This document shows, one piece after another, positions 1 through 12,717 of a stretch of DNA of 64,000 bases. The notes beneath the pieces are model-generated. The model was given only the letters and a program-made list of their open reading frames with translations. It did no database searches and had not been told where the DNA came from. The DNA is from Amphiscolops sp. MND2022 (Eukaryota). The DNA is taken from NCBI GenBank assembly GCA_964187785.1, contig OZ076409.1, positions 36,086,001 through 36,150,000 of the forward strand. The letters are read 5' to 3'. Within the stretch, counting starts at the first letter, position 1, and each line of letters begins with the position of its first letter. Made by a program: the position numbers and the translations under genes.

Positions 1-14
1 TGTACACTACTCAC

Positions 15-137
15 AATGAAGACTTCCAGCACATAATCCTCATCGATGAGCAGTTCGTGCAGTTTCTGCTGGTTCTTCCTCACGAATGTCATGTAAGGTC
101 TAGCCAGGTCTTGGCCGGAAACTTGCGTCTTTTGGGC
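15..137 (-). CDS. CADPS: CAPS coding exon (gene continues beyond window start): AQKTQVSGQDLARPYMTFVRKNQQKLHELLIDEDYVLEVFI
   Basis: Aligns with CAPS '[33 protein letters not shown]'. ttcttCAG acceptor, GTGAGT donor; 123 nt, phase 0/0. Confidence 0.88.
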
Positions 138-573
138 CTGAAGAAAGCCTCCTCGTTAATGGTAAATATCAAATATATAATCCTCGAGGCAACTAATATG
201 GCTGACAACCCGTAACATATGCCATTCATAACAACGAAATAATAACTTGGAAACGTCAGAACTCCGCTTAGGGCTCAAAAAGCTAGGACAGGAGGCGGGA
301 CTTTGTGAAAGTCTGTAAAAATAAATCATTCAGAGTGGACTGGGACTGTTTGATCTGGAGAAAAAAATAGTCAATTTAGTCGCTGTATTGGTCGGGCACA
401 ATTCTTACAAGATGTTTAAAAATCTTCTAAATAATGAAGTCTTGTTGCATCAACCTTTAGAATTATTAGAATTAAACGAATTGCTACTCATTCTTGTCAC
501 TTGAAGTTTCTGCTTTGGAATTTAAATTCTCTTTGGAAACTTAGACAACAGAAAATTGAAATAGAAATCTTTA

Positions 574-1017
574 AACAAGCCTTTCATATCTAAGGCTCAA
601 AATTGTAAAAGGGGGGGACCCCAAAAAAATTTTTTAAAATGTGATTTTTGAACAGTGTCACAGTGCCGAAAAATGTAAAAGGGGGGACCCTTTGGGATTT
701 TTTGAGATCCATTGTGTTGCAAAATATCGAAACAAATGAAGGGGGACCCTTTGGTGCAATCCAAAAAATTTCAAAAAAAGGTCGCATAGTGCCGAAAAAA
801 AGTGGGGCTAAGGTGGGATCCTTAGTGTCTTTTCAAGGTTCTGGGCGTGTTTTGTATTTTCTTTTCGTTTTGGACGCGCTTCTGAGGTTCGAGTGTTTTG
901 AACCTCAATAGTTCAAGTTGTTGAACAAATGAACAAAAAAGTGGACCTTACGCGAGTAAAAAAAACTACCCACTGTAAGAGTCGGGCACATTTTCTACTA
1001 AAATGCGCCGACTAAAA
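574..1017 (-). mobile_element. Helentron/HINE-like non-autonomous element (hairpin end deleted); a second end fragment follows to ~1178
   Basis: Family core ATATCTAAGGCTCAAAA and terminal AGTCGGGC...GCGCCGACTAAAA. Confidence 0.7.
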
Positions 1018-1375
1018 CTCAAAGGTACCCGCTGTCCCTTTTTGGTTCTCTTTTGATCTTAGGCGAAAATTAGAACATTTATAGAACTATTTTGCTCAGT
1101 ACGAGGGGATTGAAAAAAAAAACGACGAAGAGCCACGATAATAGTCGGTCTACATTTCATATAGCGCCGACTAAAAAATTCAAGCTTTTAGATTTATTTT
1201 CTTCAAATGAAACTCTTGGGTTGCACTAACTTGAGTTTCTTGACCAGGTTTAGCAACAGGTTTGGAGAATGCAGGTAGGGTGAACTTCTGAAACAGTGAA
1301 GGTGATTTGCCCCATGTAGCATATCAAGATGATGATAAATAGGGTCCTGGTAGTGATAAATTAGAGAAAACTCAC

Positions 1376-1474
1376 CGATTTGATGTTGGTTGTGAATGTG
1401 AACACTGAAGAAAGTACATTCGTTTCGTCGTAGCGAGCCAGTGACGAAAGGGTGCTCTCAAAAACTGCATCGAG
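1376..1474 (-). CDS. CADPS: CAPS coding exon: LDAVFESTLSSLARYDETNVLSSVFTFTTNIKS
   Basis: Aligns with CAPS '[25 protein letters not shown]'. cttCAG acceptor, GTGAGT donor; 99 nt, phase 0/0. Follows exon 31078-31152 with no missing residues. Confidence 0.9.
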
Positions 1475-3522
1475 CTGAAGACACAGAAATTACGTCACTT
1501 TCAAATTTATTTGCATTACAAAAAATCCTCATTTTCACATATACCACCCACCTACTTCCCTATTTCAATTCTATTTGATTCACTTAATTTGAGAAGTTTT
1601 TAAAACATTTACAAAAAATCAGCCGTTCAGGGCTCATTAAAAATCGGCAACTGCAATGCAAAACTTTTGAAGACCAAAAAGTATATATATCGTTTCTAAA
1701 TAACTTGATACGGATAAAATCCCATTTTAAAGAGTTTGGAAAAACACGCGATGCCCTATTGCCAACGAAACCCAAAATTTCTCGTCTAGCTAAGAAATAG
1801 CTTCGAGATCGCCTCGTCGAAAAACAATTCTTTTGTTTCAATAAAATACTGCGCAAAAAATATTCAAAACGTTTTAAAATAAACCAGTCTCAGCAACTGG
1901 AGGAAATGAAAATGTTCCATGTGAGGATGACGTACCCCTGTGCGAATGATTCAACGAGCAAACTGTCTTAATTACTGACGACTTGTTTTAAAAGGTCTAT
2001 GCGAAAACAATTTGCTTCTTTCTACGTCATAAAGCAGCATGTTATGAGTCAATTTCATTAAAATTTTCCTTTCATGACCTTTCTTTCCACTGATAAACTC
2101 CGCACTTTTGAGTCATGCTGCAATCAACGACCTTTTTATAGTAGCAGTTGTAATCTGTTGTCGATATGTAATGGAAATCGATTTTCAAACAAAAATAAGT
2201 TTACCGTGTTGGTGCGATTTTAGTCAATCAATTCTCAGAAGGAAGTTAAATAGGCTTCTGTTAAGTACACTTCTAAACTGTCAAAATTTTGTCGGGACAT
2301 TTAAAAAGGTGTGATTATACACAACTGACTTGTATACACTTAGAATTTTTTTCTGTTAACTCCCACCGAAACCAAACATTTTTTGAATAACAATTTCAAA
2401 CGTTTCCGAGCGGCCTTTTTCAAGTGTGAATGCTTTTTCGATTACAGGAAGTTAACTCGAGTTTAAATAGTCTTTTAAATGACCAAAAACATTTTTCGCA
2501 GATTTTGGACAGTGATTATGCTCAATTTAGCTGTTTCATGGGACTTAAAACTGAAGCTGTTGTTTTCTAGAAAAATGTATCAGGACCATAAATCAGGACC
2601 ATTATGTAGACATCAATTGCGTTGAAATTTTGGTCCAATAAATAAAATAATTGATGTCGACATAATCCTATCCATTACATTGACTGTCAGTTAAAAGCTG
2701 CTCATTAGATTTTATAGCGGACAAAATTTGCGATGAAATAGGGGCATTTTAATACGATTTTAGCTTGTTCTAAACGTGAATTTCTGCTATTTTGAACAAT
2801 AATATCAAAAAATTATGATATCTTTTTGCCTGAATTGTCCAAGCAGTTGTACAAGGTGTACCTGAAAAGATTCCCAACAAGGTGTACCTGGGGGAAATAA
2901 ATCACATGGTCCGTTTCATTTTTTTTAAAAAAAAAAACAAACGAGCCCCCCCCGTTGGTTTTAAAAACGACAGCAAGCTTCATTAATTCCGGTGAACTTG
3001 AATAGCATCAATTACTCTGCCTGAAGAATCGAAAGAAATCACCAAGTGACGTGGGTACCGGGGATTTGAAGCAGCTTGAGTTCTATGAAGAGAAGATGAC
3101 AACATATTTGCATAATTGATTACATAATTCAATTCAAACTTCTTCATTAACTCATTCCTAATTTGAATGAAAAGGTCGTGAACAAATTGAGCGAATCAAG
3201 AAGTGAATTGGATGACTATGCATTGATTTGTAAAAATACTACAGTACTTTTGTGTGATAGAAAATTCGTAGCCCTCTTTCCTGAAAATGTTTCGGTCGAG
3301 TGTATTTTCATAGACACACAAAATGCCTCATAAATAGGAGGCCCGGACAAAGGAACTCATGTAGCCGGTCGAACACCTCAATAGTATTCGATATTTCAAC
3401 ACCTCGACTTTTTTAATATTCTGATAACATTAGCAACATTAGTAAATTATTAAGCAATCAGGGGTACGATTTTATTGACACGATATTGAAAAGAGGGGGA
3501 ACTGGTAGCAGAGAGCAGCAAG

Positions 3523-5374
3523 ATGATTATGGGTCTATTGGCGGCAGTGCCTTCAGCGTCAATGGGCTTCGTGTACTGTTTGTTGGGGAATGGCAACTGG
3601 TTCTCACACAAGACCAAGGCTGAGTACGAGGCTGAAAGACTAACACGCTTCAAACGAGTACGTTTAAAACTCAAAATATTCATTCGCAGGTTATTTTTTG
3701 AAGGAGAGTTATGGAACAAATAATCGGTTGGAAGAAATAACGTTTAAAGAAATATCGTTCAAAGCGAGTTGGAATTAAAGTATTATTTTTTTTGCAAACA
3801 GAACTATTTTTGGAATCAAAGGCAGAAAAATGTTTTCCAAGAAATTAATTTGAAATGAAAAAACCGATTGAAACATTTGTTGTATGACTAGGCCTTCCTC
3901 CTTTCGGCGGCCTTCGTCAGAACCAGCGGATAGACCCGTAATGGCATCTCACTCCTGCCTTTATGGCACTAGAGGTATGTGACATAGCAACACCACGAAG
4001 GCCTTCTTTGGACGTTATTTACTTTAACAACTTGTTGGACGTTATTCGACGTTATTCCCCTTTTAAACTCAAAATTCATCAGCGGGTCGTCTTTTGTCAA
4101 AGGAATATGAATCAAAACAAACTCGAAGTATCTTTGATTTCAGATTTAAGAAACAATTTGGGCTCTTTTCTGTTTCCCCCCCCCCCACCACCAAAATTTT
4201 TTTTGGAAAATAAGTGAAAACAGTATAACAAAAAGACTTGAATACAAACCAGAAAGCTTCGAATTTACATTCATTCTTAATGTGACAGTTTAGGATTCTG
4301 ATCCAAATTTTGTTCACATTTTTGCCCTATGTAGTCAGGCATTTTTGATGAAGAAATCAACAGCTTCCTGTTTTGAGTCATCAAAAAACACTTAATACGA
4401 ACATAATCATAGTCAAAAAGCGTGAACAATGTTTTGTTCTAGCAAAAAACTATTCCAATAGACGTTAACTTCCCATTATGAAAGAAGGTTTTACTTTTAA
4501 TTAGGTTAGTCTAATGGTTTTAAGCAAATTTACTTCTAAAAATTTTGGTGGTGGGGGGGAAAACAGAAAAGAGCCACAATTTGATGCGCAGATAGCATTT
4601 GAGACTGATTTGAAAAAAATCCTGAGTTCTTTTCTGTTTCCCCCCCCACCACCAAAATTTTTGAAAATAACTTTCCTTAAAAACTTTTGACTATCCTAAT
4701 TAAAAGTAAAACCTTTCATAACAGGAAGTTAACTTCTATTAGAGTAGTTTTCCGCTTGAACAAAACTGTTCACGCATTTTGACTATAATTATGTTCGTAT
4801 TAAGTGTCTATTGATGGAAGCTGTTGATTTTTTCATCAAAAAAAGCGTGACTGCATATGGAAAAAGTGTGAACAAAGTTTGTATCTGAATCCTAAACTAT
4901 CACCTTGAGAATAAGTTTAAAACTGAAGCTTTCTGGTTTGTATTCAAATCTATTTGTTATAATATTTTCACTAATTTTCCAAAACAATTTTGGTGGTGGA
5001 GGGGAAAACAGAAAAGAGCCAAATCCTGCACCAATGACTATCAATGAAACAAATGCTGTGCTCTTGAAAAGTTCAGGCTTGGTATTCCTCGTGAAGCTCT
5101 TTGAAAGATTACTTTTCAAATATAATAAGCCTGAAAACATTGAATGATATAATGGATATTTCTTCAGGCAGTGCAGAACTGCATTCTGTTGAGTCTGGTT
5201 CTCAAGTTTTGGTTGGGGGTGTTCTACGGCCTCGAGTCATGGACCATGTTGACAACTGGGCCCACGCTAATCCTGGCACTCTCCATTGTTATGCAGCTGC
5301 AGCACCTGAGATCCCCTAAAGTTGTCTTGAAGAACAAAGAGACCATACTCCAGAAGCACGATTCATTTTTATAA
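3523..5374 (+). CDS. Putative nested two-exon gene (3523-3657, 5168-5374) for a 113-aa hydrophobic, probably 3-TM protein of unknown family
   Basis: ATG preceded by an in-frame stop at 3487. CGA|GTACGT donor and ttcttCAG acceptor join in phase 0. Both exons are GC-richer islands in AT-rich DNA; three hydrophobic stretches. Confidence 0.6.
4161..4575. mobile_element. Non-autonomous TIR element (Merlin-like MITE), copy 1
   Basis: About 35-bp TIRs GGCTCTTTTCTGTTTCCCC...; perfect 8-bp TSD ACAATTTG (4153-4160, 4576-4583). Confidence 0.88.
4625..5020. mobile_element. Same Merlin-like MITE family, copy 2, opposite orientation
   Basis: Same TIRs; its own 8-bp TSD AAATCCTG (4617-4624, 5021-5028); interior is the reverse complement of copy 1. 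Confidence 0.88.
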
Positions 5375-7555
5375 TTGGGTCAATTTTTGAAATGAAATAG
5401 ACGTCAACGTCATGCATCAAGCAAGTATTCGTTTTGGCTTCAAAAATTCATCGTAGCGAGCAAAAGTTATCAGACCTTTTCCAAAATTGATGGCACATCA
5501 ATTTATTGCAATAGGAAGGCCGAGTCACAGCCTATTTTAATTCGCAAAAGTATATTGAAATTTTCATTGTCGATCTTGAATATTTAGACTGAACTATTTA
5601 GTTGCAATTTTCGATTCTAAATAGTTCGACTCTACTCAAGTCGTGCAATAAATTCTACTATGGAGATTGATTTAGTCACGTGGAAATCCACTCAAAAAAC
5701 GAATAAATAATTAAAAAGAGCGGCTAGTTGGCGCTCAAAGTCCTTCAAATTCGTTAAGGACGCGTTTTTCAGAAAGTTCAAAGACCCTCTCGGCTCTTTT
5801 TGCTTTCATGCGGGCCCAAAATATTCAAAACTCTCGAAGGGAGAGAGACCTTTAAGTCTAAAAATTCAAAAAATCTCAATACCGAAAAATACAAGGCAAT
5901 CCATTTGTCTCATAGTTTCTAAAACACGCAGGTAACTAAAAAAGGCCAAAAACAAACAGAAACTGAACAGAATGGGGGTGGAGAAACAACTAGTTCTCAA
6001 CAAGCGCCGACTGACAGCACCAGCAATACTTTCTTTGAAATTTTTAATCCTAGCAGTCAAACCGAGAGAAAAAGGGTTTGAAATATCTCTAGAATTAATT
6101 CGGCTTCTTGTCTAGAAGCGAAGGTTCTCAGCAGTAACTCAGTGAAAATTTACAACTAACGTTAAATTTTATCAGAGTTCAATTCAGAAAGAATATCACA
6201 AAATTCTTCAAAACTGCCAGCCTGGAGATTACTTTGCTTATTTAATTTTTAACATGTTCCATAAATCTTTCCAATCAACTCAATATCCATGAGACTTGAT
6301 GATAATATAAATTTGACTATCAATAATTGTTCCATTTTCCTCCCACGATAAGCACTGATTATTTGTAAATCAATTCAACAAGAAAAACTTCAATTTGGTT
6401 TTGTAATTACTACGTAAAATCTGATGCAGATAAGTCACGTCACGATTGAAGTTCGAGCCAGTCGTTGGAAAAGTTAATATCACTGGAAAACAATGAGCAG
6501 TTCCTTTTTAAAAAAGTTCTTGAAACAAGAGGTCAATGCTTGAAAAACCCAAGATTATTATTCAAAATATATTGGAATAGATTGGAAGTCTGGATAGTCT
6601 GCTTCATATGGCTGCTTTGATGACGGGCAGCTTATGAAATCTAAACCAGATATTTAAAAAGGAAATAATGATTTTTCAAGAATAAAGTTTAACATTTCAT
6701 AGAACTTTTTGGTATGAGCAATCACTTTTAGAGCTGTTTAGATAGATAATCTTGGTAAAGGGCATCGGTAGTTGATTGAAGCAAATACAATAGTAAGAGT
6801 TCAAAACTTGAACGCTTAAAATGATAGTTACCTTTTATAAAAAAAGTTCACAACTTACAGTATGTCATTTTTTTCCAGATGTCATTGAAAGGTCCACTTT
6901 TTTTGTTCCAGTTGTCAGCAAATTTTTGACTTCCGCGTAACATTGATTTCAGTTACGATTTTTTTCAAAGGTGCCCTTGTTAACATTTATTGATTTTGTG
7001 AGATTTTACAGTCCTTGAGCATATTAAAAAACGGCACTTTTTGAGTGTTAATTGGAGCGATGACATGATCTTTGTTTGCTTATGAGTGAGGGGTCAAATA
7101 CTATAGGTGACAATAGACAAAGTCAAAGTTAACGGTTTAGTATCATTTTACCCCACGTTCATTTCACCCCACGTTCATTTCACCCCACATTTAAATTATC
7201 AAATGGGTTTCAGATTAATGACTATTGCCATACAATTTCAATCTTAGCGCTAAAAGAAAAGCGTCTTGAATCTAATTACCGATAAGATAAGCAAACGTTG
7301 CTTGCTATTTGAGCCACAAAATCGGAACCAAAAAGTTTCACCTATTGGAATTGTAATACTTCTGAACAAAGCACTGATGAATTTTTTCTATCAACCACCA
7401 AAATCTTCAATTATGGAAGCTGCGAATCTCCAGAAAAAAATGCCTTTTCCGTTTTTCTACAGCAAAAACTTTCCTGGACGCAATAAACACAATCAAGTCA
7501 AAGCTAACTCAAAGAAAGTAGGCATCAAAGTTTAATCGTTAAATGATTAATTAAG

Positions 7556-9455
7556 GTGGGACGCTTTTGTATAATTACAAAATGGGTGGCGGCGATGCCT
7601 TTCCAATTTCAACCAAGCGTCGGTATCACTATGACGCACAGTCACGCAGAATTTCTAGAGCCTTACAACGCCTGTCGCTTGATTCCACTAGACAAAAACC
7701 CAGGCGTAGGAGCCATCGGTGTTGGAGAAGTTCTGAGACGTACCATAGGTCGAAGCATACTCCGATGCCCACAGATTGACCTGAAGCTCCTTAGCACAAA
7801 CCAGCAACTGTGTCTCGGTCAAAAATGAGGAATCGAACACGTCATACACAGTCTCCGAAACGAGTTCCAGAAACCAGACGTTCGAGGCATTCTGCTCATT
7901 GACGCAAAGAACGCATTCAATAGTCTGAACAGGGATCTAGCGCTGCGGAACATTGATAGTATGTGTTCATCAAAAGCCACAGCATTAAAAAAATCTTACC
8001 AGTCACCAACTAGTTTGTTTGTCAATGGAAAAACATTGCAATCCCGAGAGAGTACAACCCAAGGAGATCCTCTTGCAGTGGCAATGTACGGGATAGCTAT
8101 TTTGCCATTGATTGAACTTGTGCAGGATCTAAAATTCATTCAAAAATGGTATGCCGATGATGGTAACGTTGCCGGTACCCTGGACGACCTAAAAGTCGTT
8201 CATGATAAGCTGAAACAACACGGCTCGGCGTTCGGATACACAATAACCAAAAGCAACATTATTACCAAAACAGAATATCAACCAAGCCGAAAAACTTTGA
8301 CAACAGCGAATTAGAGATTGTCGACGGACACCGTGTCCTCGGCTCGGTGATAGGTCCACAATCATCAATTAACATTCTTATCCCGCACTACACTCGCAAT
8401 CTTAGAGAATCTTCGAAAAACCGAAAAACTTGAGAACAAATTGATACCGGCTTCGACAGGCAAGGAATTCCCGAAGAGGCAGGCTTCATCTTTTCTCTGC
8501 CGGTTAGGGACGGATGTCTAAACATAAGTCTACCTGAAGATCGACTGCAAGAAATCAACTGGTCTAGAGAGATGTCGTCACGTTTAGAAAACGATGATGC
8601 GGATCTGCAACAGACTGTTGTAATAAAACAGATTCGAAGAGATAAAGCCACAAAAAGAAATGGAAAAAATTAAATTTTTGAAGGACACACTTCACGAAAA
8701 CCAACGCTACGCTTTAGATCTTACCGCTGAAAAGGCGCCTCGAGTTGTCTGAAAACGCTGCCACTGAAGCGTTATCACTTTGACTTGACAAAAACTGAGT
8801 TCCGCTATGGTTGGGAACCACAAAAAAACCGTGCGGAGACACATTCAGCATGTGGCATTCCATTCAATGCAACAAAGGTGGTTATACACAAATGCGACAT
8901 TCGAGACACTTTCGCCGCCATCATGAAGGAAGTCTGTTTTGATGTCGAAATCGAGCCGAAACTTCAGCCGTTAGAAGGCGAGTCCTTCGTTCATAAGACC
9001 ACGACAACTGAAGACGAAGCAAGACTAGACATTAAAGCCAATAGACTCTAGGATTCACGTTTTTGCCGAACTCTCTTCGACGTAAAAATTTTTAACCCAC
9101 TAGCTAAATCATGCCCGAAAGATATCAATGAGGCTTACAAGTTCCACGAAACACAGAATAAGCTCAAATATGAGTCGCGAATTATCAACGTTGAAAAGAG
9201 CACTTTCAACCCGCTCGTATTTGCCTGCCGTGATGGAGCTGGATCATCAGCCATGATAGTAGTAACCAGACTTTCGTCAAAAGGCAACGAAAAAAACACT
9301 GAAAGTTACTCTGAAGCCATTAGCTATATTTGAACTTAAATAAGTTTCGCCCTACTCCGCAGCTGCGTCCTCTGTCTGCCTGTAGGTCCACGCGTTGTCA
9401 ACCAGACATGGAATCTTCGATTAGCGATGTTGTCCACGAGGAAGAGCTGTCATGA
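7556..9455 (+). mobile_element. 5'-truncated, decayed non-LTR retrotransposon with RT and restriction-like endonuclease (CRE-like clade)
   Basis: 'CRLIPLDKNPGV..IGVGEVLRR', 'DAKNAFNSL', 'QGDPLA.AMY', 'WYADDG', 'ARLDIKA...FDVKIFNP', 'KYESRIINVEKSTFNPLVF', 'ISFALLRS'. Multiple stops and frameshifts. Confidence 0.88.
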
Positions 9456-9718
9456 ACTTGGCAATCCTTCGGGTGCGACTAATCCTAGAATCAACACCTT
9501 CTCTTCTCTTGACGTTCAATAAAATTGAGATACGATGACCTATTTTATAAATCATCCTCAACATGCCGATGTTTTCAGATTTTGTTTTTATGGGACCGTC
9601 ATTGACACTGCAAGGAGGCTCTGCAGCTTGCAGCGTTTTGACACCAGTTTTTCTTTGCTATTTTTTTTTCATTTACCTTTACCGACACGCCCCTCTGTAC
9701 TATGGGCAGAAACAAGCT

Positions 9719-10448
9719 AAAACAAGACGGAAACGTCTAAAGTCGGCGCCATATCTAAGGCTCAAAAAGCTCAAACTTTTTGAAATTGTAAAAAGGGGGA
9801 CCCTTTGGGTTTTTTGAAAATCCATTTTGTTGCGGGGTGCAACGTCTCAAACTTCGGATATAGCGTGCTGGTCCAAATGGGAGCGCTTTTTGAGCCTCAG
9901 CCTCCTCCTTGGTAAAACGGAATATAATTCGGATATGACGTCAAAAATTCGGATATAGCGCTTTACTCAGGATATTACGTCCAAGTTTCGGATAGTTTTG
10001 GAAAAGTTATTGGTAAATATATAATAAGAAAACCTAATTTCAGACGAAAAATGACAATTTTGAACAGTCTCGTAGTGCCGAAAAACTTGAAAGGGGAGAC
10101 CCTTTGGGCTTTTTGAAACTTCAATTTGCTGTAAAATATCGAAAAACTTGAAGGGGGAACCATTTGGAGACAAGAAAAATTTCGAAAAAAAAGTCGCACA
10201 GTGCCGGAAAAACCCTATAGTCTCGTCCGGTTTTGTATCTTATGATAAAAATGGAGCAACTGAAAGGGGGGACCCTTTGCACTATCCTAAATGCGCTCCC
10301 CGTTTGCCGGTCCAGTAGTTTAGTACTGTAATTAGTAGTTGAACGTTAATTTTAACGTTCGTCGCTTCGAGTCTGTCTTAAAAAAAGAAAAAAAAACAAG
10401 TGACTGTAATAGTCGGGCTCTTTTATTAATAAAAGCGCCGACTAAAAA
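9719..10448 (-). mobile_element. Helentron/HINE-like element, full length
   Basis: Hairpin GACG-GAAA-CGTC plus subTIR AGTCGGCGC at one end; AGTCGG...GCGCCGACT-AAAAA at the other; no TSD, A/T-run flanks. Confidence 0.78.
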
Positions 10449-10800
10449 CCAACTTGTGGTTTCAATACGCGCGGTCCTTTTAAATCAGTTTATTACAATA
10501 TGGGTTGAAATGAACGTGGGGTGAAATCAATGTGGGGTGAAATGAACGTGGGGTGAAATGAATGTGTAGTGAAATGAATGTGGGGTGAAATGAACGTGGG
10601 GTGAAATGATTTTGGGGTGAAATGAACGCACACCAAGTCACCAACTTCATAGAATTTCACAAATATTACGGCCCAAATTATCTGTAGAATATCACTACGG
10701 ACTTCATAAATTCTGTTTGGCTCTATGGAAACCAGGGTTTTGACTTCGCATGCTTTTTGCTTCGAAAGTACTACTACGAGTAGAATCGAATCGTGTTTCC

Positions 10801-12717
10801 ATGACAACCAGATTGACATGGACGGTGTGCATGCTGTTGTTCCAACTGGTGCCAGACGCCATGCTCAGTGTGAGGAGAGAGGCAGAGTACTCTGTGGACA
10901 GATGGGCCTCTTCTTCCATTCTGGTCGCCTCTCTTGTCAGTCACGTGATTCTTCATCGCATTCTGGAGTCCATCATCAGATCATCTTCCATCACGTGAGA
11001 AATTAATCACTAGAGTTTTTTCATTCATCTGAGTTTTCTAACCCGAAAAATCGTTTCCTGTATCTATGGAGTTTTTGTACCTTACGCATGTATACTAAAT
11101 TTCGAGTCAGGTGAGATATTATAGTTACATTGGTTAGGTACAATTTTTGAAAGTTAAATAAGATACCATGAAAACTGTCATTTCGGCGGAAATGGCAGTT
11201 ATTAGTTTCCAAAAAATTTGCGTGATTCATCATGTCAATTCGCGACTACCCTTGTCACTACATATATGCTTCATTTCGTTGGGAAAAAGCACCTTCATTA
11301 AACAACTCCCAAACGATTTTCCATATGCCACAGGGAAATAAGGTTTTCTCGGGATATCATTAGCAGTTGGAATTTAGATTACATTATTAAAAAGCATATG
11401 GGAAAACAATGACAGGAAATCGATCTAGTTTGACAAATGTTCTTTACAGCACACTAGAAAGTAGGCACGGCAATATTGGTGCGTCACATAAAATCAGGAA
11501 ATGTTTCTGACACAGAAAGTCGCAGAAACGTTATTTTTCAAGGTCAATTCAGCCTACATTGCAAGGGAGTCATCAGAAAAAAGGATAGCAGAGTTTATTG
11601 CAGTTCAAATTGTGCCTTTAAAGTTACAGCGGAACGAAACATGAAATATCTATGGTGCCATGTTAAATAAAGCGCGCAAATTAATTCTATAAATGTTTTT
11701 TCCTCCAATATTTCTTTTCTTCAAGTTCGAACTTAGGCTTTCGTGCTGTAATTACTTAGGCTTCCGGCAATCAGGCATTGTGTTTTGGTTTAGTATAACG
11801 AAATGAAGTCTAATTGTTATTGTGTTGTTTCAGAGGAGGGACGATTTGCACGCCTTGCAGGAAAGACCCTCCCTTGGCGCAGAAGTTCAAAGACCACACG
11901 GTCATTCTTGCAGGGTGTTGTGGCTACCTCTACATCTGGTACTGCTACGCCACCAGCGAGGCTTCCGCCCCTGGATTCAAACACACGCTCATCATTGTCG
12001 GCTGTGCTGTTCTGTTCGAGTGCTCTTCGGCCAGGATGGTGCATGTTTGTCTCAAGGTTATTCTACTTCATTTACACCAAGCATGCGCTACTTACACGAG
12101 TGTACATGTGTACCCATGAGAATGTCAGACAGATTTACAGGATCCTATGTCCCAAAGAAACATTGCGAGATAATCATAAGTGAAAAGACATTTATTATAA
12201 TAAGCAGTATCCAAAAACCAAGTTTTTTGGAATAAAATCCGATATGCTACTGAAGTAAAACTGATAGAAATTGTTATATTCGACATGCAACGAGTAACAG
12301 GTAGCTCAAGTTTATTAGATCAAACGAAAAGCGCTTGAAAAAACATTTCTCCATTTAGCTTAAAAGTGAAAAATCTAGCTAGATTTTCATGAACATGGAT
12401 TTGAACGCGACACGTCAACTCAAATGAAGATTGTTCAGTTTTATAAACTATCCAATTTTCTTTCATTGAGCCTTAACCGGTTCCATGTTTGTTTTTAGCA
12501 AGTTGGCCTGGTGAAAGCACAAGGCAAACACGTGGATAGCATTCTGGCCCTCCTAGTATTCTGCTCTTCTCACGTGACCTTGTTCAGGGGCTACTTCTAC
12601 TCGGCACCAATCGACATCACCGAAACAGGCATTTTCTCAGGGCTATTCACAGACATCGTACGATACGGGCCGCAAATTGTTCTATGGAAGGAGGCATTCA
12701 ACCTCTCGCCGCCGAAG
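10801..12717 (+). CDS. Putative nested multi-exon gene (10801 or 10750-10994, 11834-12056, 12499-12717; 3' end unresolved, probably near 13014-13092) for a multi-pass membrane protein, tentatively TLC (TRAM/LAG1/CLN8)-like
   Basis: Three GC-rich open frames joined by phase-compatible junctions (AC|GTGAGA...tttCAG|A, phase 2; AAG|GT...ttttTAG|CAA, phase 0). Several hydrophobic helices. The family call is weak. Confidence 0.6.

Larger units (their letters stand above)
7131..10634. repeat. Inverted arrays of a 16-bp unit (GTGGGGTGAAATGAAC): about 3 copies at ~7142-7190 (reverse) and about 8 at ~10500-10628; probable ends of an old foldback/MITE-like element that later received insertions
   Basis: The arrays face each other, with outer ends GGT...TCATTT and AAATGA...ACC. 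No clear TSD. Confidence 0.6.

Noticed and set aside
10500..10628. CRISPR-like regular repeats
   Set aside because: Head-to-tail 16-bp units with no unique spacers and no cas genes, in a eukaryotic context.
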